Below are positions 36,817 to 47,381 of a stretch of DNA of 64,000 bases, one piece after another (the first letter of the stretch is position 1; each line of letters begins with the position of its first letter). The DNA is taken from contig CBFDEM010000024.1 in NCBI GenBank assembly GCA_965603825.1, positions 585,525-649,524 of the forward strand, read 5' to 3'. The translations under genes were made by a program, and so were the position numbers. Source of the DNA: Blepharisma stoltei ATCC 30299. Its lineage: Eukaryota > Protista > Ciliophora. The notes under the pieces were generated by a model. That model saw only the letters and a program-made list of their open reading frames with translations. It did not search any database and was not told the DNA's origin.

Positions 36817-38091
36817 TTAATTATGGAAATATTGGTCTTCCAAAGCTGGCAAGATAACTCCTCTGACATCTCCAAAGCCAATGGTGAAGTTTTCACTTTC
36901 TGCTTTTCCAACAATAATAAGCTCATCACCGTCATTTAAAAATGATCTAGTCTCTCCATTTGGCAAAGCCACAGGAGTTTTACCATTAGTTGACATTTCT
37001 AGCAAGCATCCTAAGCTATCAGGAGTAGGTCCAGAAATAGTGCCAGTTCCTAATAAATCGCCAGGTCTCATATTGCATCCACTCACAGAATGGTGGGCTA
37101 GCATTTGATAAATAGACCAATACAGGTGCTGCAGATTGGTAGTCGATATCTTGTGAGGCTCTGACAGTGAAGGAGTCTTAATGAAAGTTTCTATAGTAAT
37201 GTTAAATGATGTAGGAGGATCTTCTCTTAAATAAGGTAGTGGGACTGGATCTTGGGCTGGGAGTCCAGTAGTAAAAGGCTCCAATGCAAGGGTTGTTATA
37301 ATCCATGGTGAAATTGAAGTTTGGAAGTTCTTTGCTGTAAATGGACCTAAAGGCACATATTCCCAGCTTTGAATATCCCTAGCAGACCAATCATTAAGCA
37401 ATACCAGCCCAAAAACGTGCTCACTTGCGACTGCAATGTTAATTGGTTCTCCAAGCTTATTTAATTTTCCTCCCAAAAACACCCCAATTTCGACCTCATG
37501 ATCAAGCTTTTTGCAAGAACTAAAAACTGGGTCAGGGCTGTCTAAAAGTTTTATTTGCCCACGTGGTCTTTTTACTGGGTGCCTAGATACCACAACTGAT
37601 GACGACCTCCCATGATACCCGACAGGTAATCTCAGCCAATTGTCTTGCAAAGCATTTTGAGGGCCTCTAAACATGCATCCGACATTAAAAGCGTGATTTC
37701 TAGAAGCATAAAAATCTGTGTAGTCACCAATATTCACTGGTAAGGTATTAGTAAATTCTGAGATCGGGATAAGGATTTTAGCTTTTAGTTGCTCATTGTC
37801 ACGGACAAGTGGGTTTTCAGCTGCAAAAAGGGCTTGGATTTTTGATCTGTAAGCACGCCAAAGAGCCTTATCTTCACTCATAAAGGAATTAAGGGTTGGA
37901 TTGGAGAAGAAATGAGTGTTCGAGAGCTCTTGGAAGAATCCTTCTGCTTCAAGGGCTGCTAAGTCGACCACAAAGTCACCGATTCTGCTTACACACCGAG
38001 GATTTGGGTTGTGAGTCGAAAATCCAGTTCCAAATGGAATATTTGCAAGCGGAAAGTGACTATCTTGTGATACCAATATGAAGGATGCCAT
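36817..38091 (-). CDS. FAH: Fumarylacetoacetase
   Basis: SHFPLANIPFG, GDYTDFYAS, LPVGYHGRSSS, NDWSARDIQSWEYVPLGPF, GDLLGTGTISG. Real ATG at 38091. Confidence 0.96.
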   Translation of the reverse strand: MASFILVSQDSHFPLANIPFGTGFSTHNPNPRCVSRIGDFVVDLAALEAEGFFQELSNTHFFSNPTLNSFMSEDKALWRAYRSKIQALFAAENPLVRDNEQLKAKILIPISEFTNTLPVNIGDYTDFYASRNHAFNVGCMFRGPQNALQDNWLRLPVGYHGRSSSVVVSRHPVKRPRGQIKLLDSPDPVFSSCKKLDHEVEIGVFLGGKLNKLGEPINIAVASEHVFGLVLLNDWSARDIQSWEYVPLGPFTAKNFQTSISPWIITTLALEPFTTGLPAQDPVPLPYLREDPPTSFNITIETFIKTPSLSEPHKISTTNLQHLYWSIYQMLAHHSVSGCNMRPGDLLGTGTISGPTPDSLGCLLEMSTNGKTPVALPNGETRSFLNDGDELIIVGKAESENFTIGFGDVRGVILPALEDQYFHN

Positions 38092-38134
38092 AATTATAGG
38101 CCACATCAATAAGATTTTAATAAGCCAAATTAAT

Positions 38135-38629
38135 TTACAGGATCCTAAGGTATCCTCTTAATGTTGACAAATTCATTCCTTCCAGTTGCCTTCTGAACCC
38201 TTCATTAGGAAGGACACAATTTCGCTTATTCCTGACGTACTGTAAAGCCTTTAAAAAAGAAGTGTTATTCTTCGCCATTATATATGAAATAACGACTGAT
38301 GCACTTCTGGACACCCCAGCTGCACAGTGGACTAACACTTTTTGGTTGTGTTTTAAATGTCGGTGTATGAATTTTAAAGCATCAGGGAGGTGTCTTGATA
38401 TATTTTCTGCTGGACTATCTTGGATTTGTATAAAATGATAAGTAATCCCTGGAAATCTTGGAGCAATTTGTGTATTTTCAAGAAGTTGCACAACAAATTT
38501 GATCCCTGTTCGCTTTAAAAGAGCTTCGTTTCCTCCTGCACCCAAGCCACCTAAAAAGAGATTGTGATCAATTTCATGCATTGGCACAAGAGTTGCTGCC
38601 ATTGCTTGAGAAAAGGTGATTGCTTCCAT
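38135..38629 (-). CDS. Atypical dual-specificity phosphatase
   Basis: VLVHCAAGVSRSASVVISY and PNEGFRRQL. Start taken at ATG 38629; an upstream start is possible. Confidence 0.9.
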   Translation of the reverse strand: MEAITFSQAMAATLVPMHEIDHNLFLGGLGAGGNEALLKRTGIKFVVQLLENTQIAPRFPGITYHFIQIQDSPAENISRHLPDALKFIHRHLKHNQKVLVHCAAGVSRSASVVISYIMAKNNTSFLKALQYVRNKRNCVLPNEGFRRQLEGMNLSTLRGYLRIL

Positions 38630-38964
38630 AAGTATTTTATTACGCAAAAATTTAAATAGCAAGTCTCTGGATTTATATTTACTTGGCTCTTGCAGTATGC
38701 TCATTAATCAGAATGTTGGCCTTGGGCGTCTTCCCAGTGGCTCTGAAAAAATCTTACAGCATGAAAAATATTGAATAATCTCTTATTTAAATTTACAAAT
38801 TCTATTAATATTCAAATTGGCTTTGCTGGCAATTTGGTGAGAAAAAGCTTTTATTTTAATTAAATATCTAATAAATTTTAAGATAAGCTGATATAAGTAT
38901 CTCACACTAAGATATTTTATTTCTTTAAGATGGCACATTTAGAATTTAATTCTCAGAGTTATCA

Positions 38965-39543
38965 TTATTTAGCTTGAGCTAGAAGCTTATTTAATGATTC
39001 AGTTTGCGAGGCTAAAAGACTTAAAACTGAATTTTCAAATTGGTTGAATTTCCCTTCAATTTGATCAATCTTTGTACCGATATCTTGAACTCTGTTGTCG
39101 ATCTGCTGGACTTTGGTGTCGATCTGCTGGACTTTGGTGTCGATCTGCTGGACTTTGGTGTCGATCTTCTGGACTTTGGTGTCGATCTGCTGAACTTTGG
39201 TGCCGATTTCTCCAATTTCTTCTTCCATGTGCTCGACTTTGGCTTCTATCTGCTGGACTTTGGTGTCGATCTGCTGGACTTTGGTTTCGATCTGCTGGAC
39301 TTTGGTTTCAATCTGCTGGACTTTGGTGTCGATCTGCTGGACTTTGGTGTCGATTTGCTCTACATTGGCCTCAATGGTTTCAACTCTGGTCTCAACTGTC
39401 TTTAGTCTAGAGTCGAAATCTGTGAATCTTTCTGTAAAGTCAGACTCTACGTCGCTATGAATTTGTCTTTTCATAGTCCTGTACTCATCTGAGCTGAACC
39501 AGTAGCTTATATCTGACTTATCTGAAGAACTTTTTCTATCCAT
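38965..39543 (-). CDS. Heptad-repeat coiled-coil protein, (KVQQIDT)n
   Basis: 192-aa ORF with AT-rich flanks and near-perfect Val/Ile heptads. Confidence 0.8.
   Translation of the reverse strand: MDRKSSSDKSDISYWFSSDEYRTMKRQIHSDVESDFTERFTDFDSRLKTVETRVETIEANVEQIDTKVQQIDTKVQQIETKVQQIETKVQQIDTKVQQIEAKVEHMEEEIGEIGTKVQQIDTKVQKIDTKVQQIDTKVQQIDTKVQQIDNRVQDIGTKIDQIEGKFNQFENSVLSLLASQTESLNKLLAQAK
39097..39356. repeat. 21-nt tandem coding repeat (gtcgatctgctggactttggt), two blocks
   Basis: About 11 near-identical units interrupted around 39205-39240; explains the spurious ORFs in other frames. Confidence 0.92.
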
Positions 39544-39856
39544 TTTATTATATCAGTCTATGAAACTTAGATACAATATGATTGAATTAGCAAAGAACCC
39601 ATTTAAATATTTATCAAATTAAATTATTTTTGGCCTTAGCAACTCTATTTTCTTATATAATGATTAAGATTCTCAATGATAAATTTATTGCTATTTTTAT
39701 CAGCTTATTATTTTTATTAATTTAGCTTTGTTTAAAATGAGAAATATTCTGTGAATCTTTTTATCTATTCAGATATTAATCAAGACAAATTTCTTCTATT
39801 CTCCATTTTTTGGTTAAAAGAAATAGACTAATAATTTTGATTTATTTTAAGGTAAT

Positions 39857-41851
39857 CTAGTTAGAAGAATATAAGTAATCAATCACTTCTTGGAAAAATT
39901 TTCTTGCATCATGTCTTTTAATCTTAAAAGTGTCTGTCAAAAACATCGTACCCGGCGCTATCATATTTGGGTGCAAATAAAGCTTTCTTATCAATTCAAA
40001 TCCATTTAGTTTTGATTCTTTTCCAATTCTATTCATATCATTCAGCACCATCTCAACAACTGTCGGGTTTTGACAAATTTCTTCCCAGCTTCCTTTTATG
40101 TCATGCTCTTTAGCCCAAGTTTCCAACTCATTCCTATCCGGAATCACAATCCCAACAAGGAAGCTCTGCAAAGAATCCCCATACACAAATGATAAAGCGA
40201 CATATTGGCTTTTAACATAAGCATTTTCTATTTTTTCTGGAGCCACATATTCTCCTTGTGCTAACTTAAAAATATTTTTTTTCCTGTCAATGAGTTTTAA
40301 TGAGCCATTACTCCTTATAAGTCCAACGTCTCCAGTATGGAACCAACCGTCTTCATCAATAACTTCGCTTGTCAATTCTTTTAGCTTAAAATAGCCTGTG
40401 GTTATGCAAGGCCCTCTGAAGCATACTTCACCTGCTGGACATCTTTTCATCTTTTCGTCTACATAATTAGAAGTATAGCCCATGTCAGGGATATCTACAA
40501 GCTTTAATTCGACACAGCCTAAAGGACCGCCGACGTGTCCGGATTCTGGGTCATTGTCGTGAGTGATAGTGGTAGGGCCAGATGTTTCAGTAAGGCCATA
40601 TCCTTCAAGAATTGGGCAGCATAAGGCAATTTTCATAAATTCCAGGACTTCTGGAGAAATGGGAGCTGAAGCAGTGGCAACAACCCTGATATTATTTCCA
40701 AGCATTCTTCTGATTTTTTTAAAGATTAATGAATCATAGAATTTATGGTGATATTCTGCTTTGCTCCTCAAATTTTCAAGTTTCGCAGCTAAAGCTTTTT
40801 TAATCAATTTTGCTTTAAACCCTGTTTGTTTTGATAAATTGCTATTAATCAAATCATAAAATCTATTTAGCACCCTAGGAACACTCGCAAAAATCGAAGG
40901 CTTCAGCAAGGCTAAATCATCTTTAAGCTTCAAAGGGTCGCCTCTATAAAATCCAACAGAAGCGCCTGCATAAGTCATGGCAAGCATAAAATACCTTTCA
41001 TACACATGGGCTAGAGGTAAATATGAAATATGGATATCATAAGGCTGTGGTGTGAAAACCTGAAAAGCAGCTGCCATGCTTGAAACAATATTTAAATGAG
41101 TCGTAATCACGCCTTTAGAATTCCCGGTGGTCCCACTTGTATAAGTCAGAGTAAAAATATCATCAGGCGACGGTGGGTTGTATTCTGCTTGATTTTTGGC
41201 GCCATGTGCTAAAATGTCTTGGAAATCGTACAAAGTTATCCCAGCTTCTCTTGCATTGGCACGATCTTCGTCGCTTGCTCTTTCCATAACTATTAAATAC
41301 TCCAAATACTCTGCCAAACCTTCACGTTTTAATGCCAGCACTTTTTCTATTTTTTCGTGAGCTAAAAACAAGGTATGCATTTTGGTCTGATTTAAAATTA
41401 ATTTCATTGACTCCTCCCCTAAGGTGTCATAAAAAGGGACTGTAGTGATATTGTAAAGAATGCAAGCCATATCAGCAATAACCCATTCTTCCCTATTTTT
41501 TGAGTATAAACCTAAGAAGCTGAGTCTGCGATGCCCATGCTTTTCTTTAGGAGTCAAATTTAGCGCAATAAGCCCAGACCCGAAATTTTTGGCAAGGTCG
41601 TTGATTTCTCGATAATTTTTTCAATCATAGTGGTCCTCTCTAAAAGTGCCTAAGAAGCGGTTATTCGGAAACCTTTGAAACGCATTGATGATAGCGTCGA
41701 AGATAGTGTGAATGCTTGGCCCTGGGCCTGTCAGCAAACCGTTGACGTACTTAGGATGGCGGTAAATCCTGGACTCACCTTCCTTTTCGTCTCCGACCCA
41801 TGCGGAGTATTCTATTTTTCTTGTCTCTTCGTTGCTTGTGCAGGCACCCAT
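39857..41851 (-). CDS. Long-chain acyl-CoA synthetase, paralog 1 (~664 aa)
   Basis: YTSGTTGNSKG, GYGLTET, GWFHTGDVG, IDRKKNIFKLAQGEYVAPEKIE. TGA 41621-41623 aligns with TGG in paralog 2. MGAC start. Confidence 0.95.
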
Positions 41852-42645
41852 ATTTTATAATTTTCGACACGTATTGGAGAATTTTCATAGGTTGATATTA
41901 ATAAAAATTTTTTAGCTTAATCTTTGAAAATTAGAAAAAGGTAATTTTCAGGCATTTATTAATTTCAATTATTGGCTTGCAAAGGAAAAATATTTTGATC
42001 GGTAGAATTTTTATCAAATGAATTACGGATTAAATAAAAATCTATTAAAGCTCTGATCAGAATAATTTAAATGAAAGGAATTAAGTGAATACCTTTGTAT
42101 GGTAAGTTTTGGTTTATAAACTGTTCTGATTGGATTGATATATTTTAAATTGTTCAATAAGAAATTCTACAAGTATGTATCTGGCTGTATAAAAGACTCT
42201 AAATTATTATCTTAATTCTATTTACTAATAAGATTGCTGATTTTGCAGATCCAGCAAGGTTTCAAGTTACTCTTTGTATGCTGACTTCATCCATTTATGT
42301 CTAATAATTTCTAAAATAACCAAAGAGAAATAGAATTTTTTTTTAAATGCTTAAAGCCTATAATTATAATCAAATATTAGCCCATTTTATAAGAAAGCAT
42401 TCTTTTTTTAGGATTGGAAAGGAAAGAGACTCTTTTGCTTGATTATATTAAGGTTAAAATTTATTAATTGACCATTAACAAATTCAGAGCAAGAATTGAA
42501 AAAATAGGACAAAATTATTAGTTTATTATAATTTGAGACAAATTAAGCCAAAATGGCTTATTGTATGCAACCTCTTAAATTTAGCTTTGCTTAAAAATAA
42601 GTACATTAACTTGATTATTTACCTTAGAAATCATTTTATTTAAGC

Positions 42646-44634
42646 TTATTGAGAAGAATATAAAGAATCTATCTGCTCTTGGAAATACTTTCTTGCTTGG
42701 TATCTATTAATCTTGAAAGTACTAGTCAAAAACAGTGTTCCCGGCGCTACCATATTTGGATACAAATACACTTTTTTCACCAATTCAAATCCATTTAGTT
42801 TTGATTCTTTTCCAATTCTATTCATATCATTCAGCACCATCTCAACCACTGCTGGATTTTTACAAATTTCTTCCCAATTTCCCTTTATATCATGGTCTTT
42901 CGCCCAGGCTTCCACCTCAGCTTTTTCTGGTATCACAATTCCAATCAGATAATTCTGCAAAGAATCTCCATACACAAAGACTAAAGCGACATCCCGGCTT
43001 TTCATATAAGCATTTTCTATCTTGATAGGCGCCACATATTCTCCTTGGGCAAGCTTGAAAATATTTTTTTTCCTGTCAATAACTTTTAAAGAGCCATTAT
43101 TCCTTATAAGCCCGACGTCTCCAGTATGGAACCAGCCTTCTTCATCAATCACTTCTCGGGTTATCTCTTTTAGCTTGAAATATCCTTTGGTAACGTTAGG
43201 CCCTCTAAAGCAAATTTCTCCAGCTGCGAATTTCTGCTGCGTTTTTTCGTCGACATAATGAGAGGTATAGCCCATTTCAGGGATATCAACAAGCTTTATT
43301 TCGACACCTAGTATTGGACCACCTATATGTCCAGACTCAGGGTCATTAATATTAGAAATAGTTACTGGTCCTGCTTCAGTTAGACCATAGCATTCTACAA
43401 TAGGGCAACATAAGGCAATTTTCATGAAATTAAGGATATCAGGAGAAATAGGCGCTGACGAGAGAGCACATAGCCTTATATTATTTCCAAGCATCATTCT
43501 GATTTTTTTGAAAATCAAAAAGTCATAGAACTTGTGGGAGCACTCTGAGTGATTTTTTAAATTTTCAAGTTTGACAGCTATTGCTCTTTTTATAGCTATG
43601 GCTTTATTTCCAGTTGGTTTTGATAAATAGCCGTTAATTAAATCGTAAAACCGATTTAATATTCTTGGAACTGTCGCAAAAATTGATGGCTTGAGTATTG
43701 CTAAATCATCTCTAAGCTTTAAAGGGTCTCCTCTATAAAACCCAGCGGCAGCCCCATTATACGCTATATAATGAAATAGATACCTTTCATATATATGGGC
43801 AATAGGTAAATATGAAATATGAATGTCATTTGCATGGATGGTAAAGGATAGGTGGAAATTTACCATACTTGAAATAAAGTTGAGATGGGTTGTAATTACT
43901 CCTTTAGAGTCTCCAGTGGTCCCGCTTGTATAGGTAATAGTAAAAATGTCATCAGGAGACGGAGGGTTATATTCAGCTTGATTTTTGATCCCATGACTTA
44001 TAATGTCTTGAAAGTCATATAGCGTGATCCCAACTGCTCTTGCATTAGCGCGATCTTCATCGCTGGCTTGCTCCATTATTATTAAATTATTCAACGATTC
44101 TGCTGACCCTTCATGTTTCAATTTTAGGACTTTTTGAATCTTTTCTTTAGTCAGCAATAATGTATGCATTCTTGTCTGACTTATGATAAATTTCATAGAA
44201 TCTTCACCCAAAGTATCATAAAAAGGTACTGTCGTGATATTATAAAGTATACACGCATAGTCTGCAATTACCCATTCTTCCCTATTTTTGGAGTATAGGC
44301 CTAAGAAGCTGAGATTGTATTTTCCATGCTTTTCTTTAGGCGATAGATTAAGATTGACCAGCCCAGACCCAAAGTTTTTGGCAAGTTCATGTGCTTCTTG
44401 ATAGGTTTTCCACTCATAGTGGTCTTCTCTTAAAGTCCCCAAAAACCTATTATGCGGGAACAGCCGGTATTGGTTCATAACTGAATCAAAAAGAGTTTGG
44501 ATGTTTGAGTCAGCCAAAGCATTTTCCATGTATTGAGGATGACGGTAAGCTCTTGACTCTCCCTCCTTTTCATCTCCAACAGCAACTGCATACTCTAGTT
44601 TGCGACTTTCGTTTAAACTTCCACAGGTGCCCAT
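42646..44634 (-). CDS. Long-chain acyl-CoA synthetase, paralog 2 (662 aa)
   Basis: Same motifs as paralog 1; tandem duplicate; MGTC start. Confidence 0.95.
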   Translation of the reverse strand: MGTCGSLNESRKLEYAVAVGDEKEGESRAYRHPQYMENALADSNIQTLFDSVMNQYRLFPHNRFLGTLREDHYEWKTYQEAHELAKNFGSGLVNLNLSPKEKHGKYNLSFLGLYSKNREEWVIADYACILYNITTVPFYDTLGEDSMKFIISQTRMHTLLLTKEKIQKVLKLKHEGSAESLNNLIIMEQASDEDRANARAVGITLYDFQDIISHGIKNQAEYNPPSPDDIFTITYTSGTTGDSKGVITTHLNFISSMVNFHLSFTIHANDIHISYLPIAHIYERYLFHYIAYNGAAAGFYRGDPLKLRDDLAILKPSIFATVPRILNRFYDLINGYLSKPTGNKAIAIKRAIAVKLENLKNHSECSHKFYDFLIFKKIRMMLGNNIRLCALSSAPISPDILNFMKIALCCPIVECYGLTEAGPVTISNINDPESGHIGGPILGVEIKLVDIPEMGYTSHYVDEKTQQKFAAGEICFRGPNVTKGYFKLKEITREVIDEEGWFHTGDVGLIRNNGSLKVIDRKKNIFKLAQGEYVAPIKIENAYMKSRDVALVFVYGDSLQNYLIGIVIPEKAEVEAWAKDHDIKGNWEEICKNPAVVEMVLNDMNRIGKESKLNGFELVKKVYLYPNMVAPGTLFLTSTFKINRYQARKYFQEQIDSLYSSQ

Positions 44635-45613
44635 ATTTATATCCGATGTTAAAATCTCAGAAATAAGTCAACAAATATTATGATTTTAATTATAAAAAAC
44701 TGAGAATAAGAAATATTTTGCCTATTTTTGTAAAAATAATTAATAGCACAGCCTGACATTTTTTCACCATTTCTGCGAAATTGTTGTATAAAAGCTGTCC
44801 TTATCGGTATTTGAAATAATAATCAAATTTTGAAGTTTGAAACTGACCAGCTGGGGAATTTATTAAAATTATTAATTCACCAGTCCCATTTTGAAAATAA
44901 ACATTTACTTCACCACCTCCATTTTGATCGGATGATGCTGAATTAAATAATTTTAAATTTTAGTTGTCTTCACTCTGCTATTCCCTACAATAAGCTCTTT
45001 TGATTAAACTAGTTGTTTGTTATATGAGTTCCTAGGCTTTTTAAGAAAAATCGAAAATTATTCCTTCACAGTCTTTAAATAAAAAATCAAATATTATTCT
45101 TATAATTCCAAATTGCTTTCTCGTTAAATTAAAGCCAGCTTTAACGAAGTGGGTATTTAATTTGAGAATTTAGTAGTTATAAATGATAAATTATCTCAAA
45201 AATAAAGAGGAAAAGGTTATATTGCCTTGTATAGCATTTGCATGTAAAATAATATTTTCACCAGCTCAGCATATCTGTTCACTAACAAGAAATATGCATT
45301 GATATTTACACTGCTTATTAGCTAATATCAAAGCAAGAGGCTAAAAAATTCTATAGTTTGGACCTTCTTTTAACGCATTTCAAATTTTTATATTATTTAA
45401 TGCTTGTTTAAGATAGTCAAGGGAGTATTTTACAAATTTTTATTGAATTTTTTTAATTGAAATTATTAAAAGCAGTTGAATTTTAATTTTTTTCTAATTA
45501 TGCTCATATCATTAAGATGACTCATTTGAAATAAAATTATCTATTATCTATCTTAACCAGAATAATTATAAACTAAAGAAATTATAAAAGATAATAGCCC
45601 TTTTCTATTATTT

Positions 45614-47122
45614 TTATATAATAAACTCTCTAAGTTCATTAGCTACAGCTTTGCATGTGTCAAGGCTCAAAGCTTCCACAAATATTCTGACTATAGGTTC
45701 AGTCCCTGAAGGCCTTAAAAGGACTCTTACTTTTTGATCAGCTAGTCTATGTGTGATTTCTTGTATTTTATTTACAAGATTTGCTGGTTCTACCACTTCC
45801 AGCTCGTTTTCTGAAGTTTTTATTTGCTCTTTTATAGGGGATCTCACTCCAATTATCGTGGTAGGATAATCATGATAAAGTTCTTCCCATTGCTTCAAGC
45901 TAAAATCTAATATTTTCATCGAAATTTCTGAAAGCAAAAGATCAGCCACCGCATCTCCCACAGCCTAAATAATTTTTACTTCATTCGCAAGTGACAAAAA
46001 TGCCAGTAATTTTTCTGCATTTAATTCTTTTAATGAAGCTAATTTATTTTCTGACGCAATAATTGTTCCATGTCCATTAGCTTCAAAATACACACTAATT
46101 TCTGCCTTTTTTGCAGCTTCATGAAGATATTTTACCCCAGTTGCTACTAGGACAATTTCAATTCCCCTTTGTTCTAAATATTCTAATGACGCAGAATTTG
46201 AGTACCCAGTCGTCACAACTGTGACTTTTCCTTCCACATTTTCTTCGTCAAGCAGTTTTTTAAGCGCTAGGCACATTAAAACAGTCAGCCTTTCTCCTCC
46301 TAATACATTTAAATTTTCAGCACTTTTATAGTAAACCAGCCTATCTGCGTCCCCATCTAGACTTGCACATTTAAGACCTACAGGTACATTCCTTGGACAA
46401 GTCCTTATTTTATGGGCGTGCTCAGCCCCACAGCCTTCATTTAGTAAGCTTGGCTCTGTATTTACTATTTGGAAGTTCAATCCTGTGATATTTAATAGTC
46501 TCAAAGTATTAGCCCCAACCCCTCCAGAAGCGTCAATTATAAGGTCATTTTCATAATTATAAGTCTGAGGCAAACTTGTATATAAGCGGCTGGCTTGGTT
46601 TAAATAATCTATATAAGCAGATGCTGGCAATTTTGATGAGAAATTTGATCTGCGGACTAGCCAATGGAGCTGTGGAGTTGTTAATTCTCCATAGTTGTGG
46701 GCAGTTCCGCCTGCTACCTCGATAGCTTGCTGTAAACAGCTGAGAAGTTCCGGAGAACTTGGCCGATTGTCACAGCCGATAAAGACGTCTCCTTGGATAG
46801 GATTAGAAAATTTTTCACGTAAAACTTCAGCGAAGTCTTGAGCATTGACGAAGGCTTCAATAGCTCTTTCCCAGGCAATAGGAACCATTTCTCCATTGTG
46901 GTCAATCATTTTGATACCGTTGTCCGCTATATGGTTGTGGGATGCAGTTATCATTACTCCAGTGATTTTTTTAAGCTCGTGAGATCGCAGAAGGGCAAGT
47001 AGGCCGACACGAAAACAAGCTTGAGGGAGGTTGTGGGCGACTGTTCGGAAGCCTGCAGTGCCATAAGGTAAATAGACTTGAGCAGATGGGATCTGAAGAC
47101 TTTTTTGGAGAATGGCTTCCAT
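45614..47122 (-). CDS. PGM3: Phosphoacetylglucosamine mutase (~497 aa)
   Basis: YGTAGFR, GVMITASHN, DGDADR, YFEANGHGT, RPSGTE. 15-nt intron 45965-45979 joins ANE to AVGDA. Confidence 0.95.
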
Positions 47123-47381
47123 TTTTTATGTAAGTATAGAATAAATAAACTAGGCTAAGATATCATGATATTATTTATAACTAATTTTATTGGAAGCTAT
47201 ATAAATAATATTTTTTTGACAAAAAAGTCATGAGAATCTTGGCTAGTTAATCTCTCTAATTTATAAACAATTATTCAATAATAAAATGATTATTTAAAGA
47301 TTTGATGCAATTTTTATTCAAAAATTATCTAAAAATGACTATTTAAATTTTTTGATAACTTTCTTTTTATATTTCCAAACA

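Noticed and set aside
38655-38760. Cobalamin-riboswitch-like words on the minus strand (GCCACTGGGAAG ... CCAGAGACTTGC)
   Set aside because: The 5' half of the aptamer is absent and the context is a eukaryotic phosphatase gene; likely chance.
39021-39460. Overlapping ORFs in several frames, or a CRISPR-like array
   Set aside because: A by-product of a stop-free 21-nt tandem repeat with no unique spacers.
44851-44883. Short imperfect inverted repeat (ctggggaatt...aattcaccag)
   Set aside because: Too short and AT-rich to support a terminator, transposon end or RNA gene.
10241-47122. UGDH, PGM3, ABCC, ACSL and the ATP-grasp ligase as a biosynthetic cluster
   Set aside because: They are scattered among unrelated housekeeping genes with no sign of clustering.
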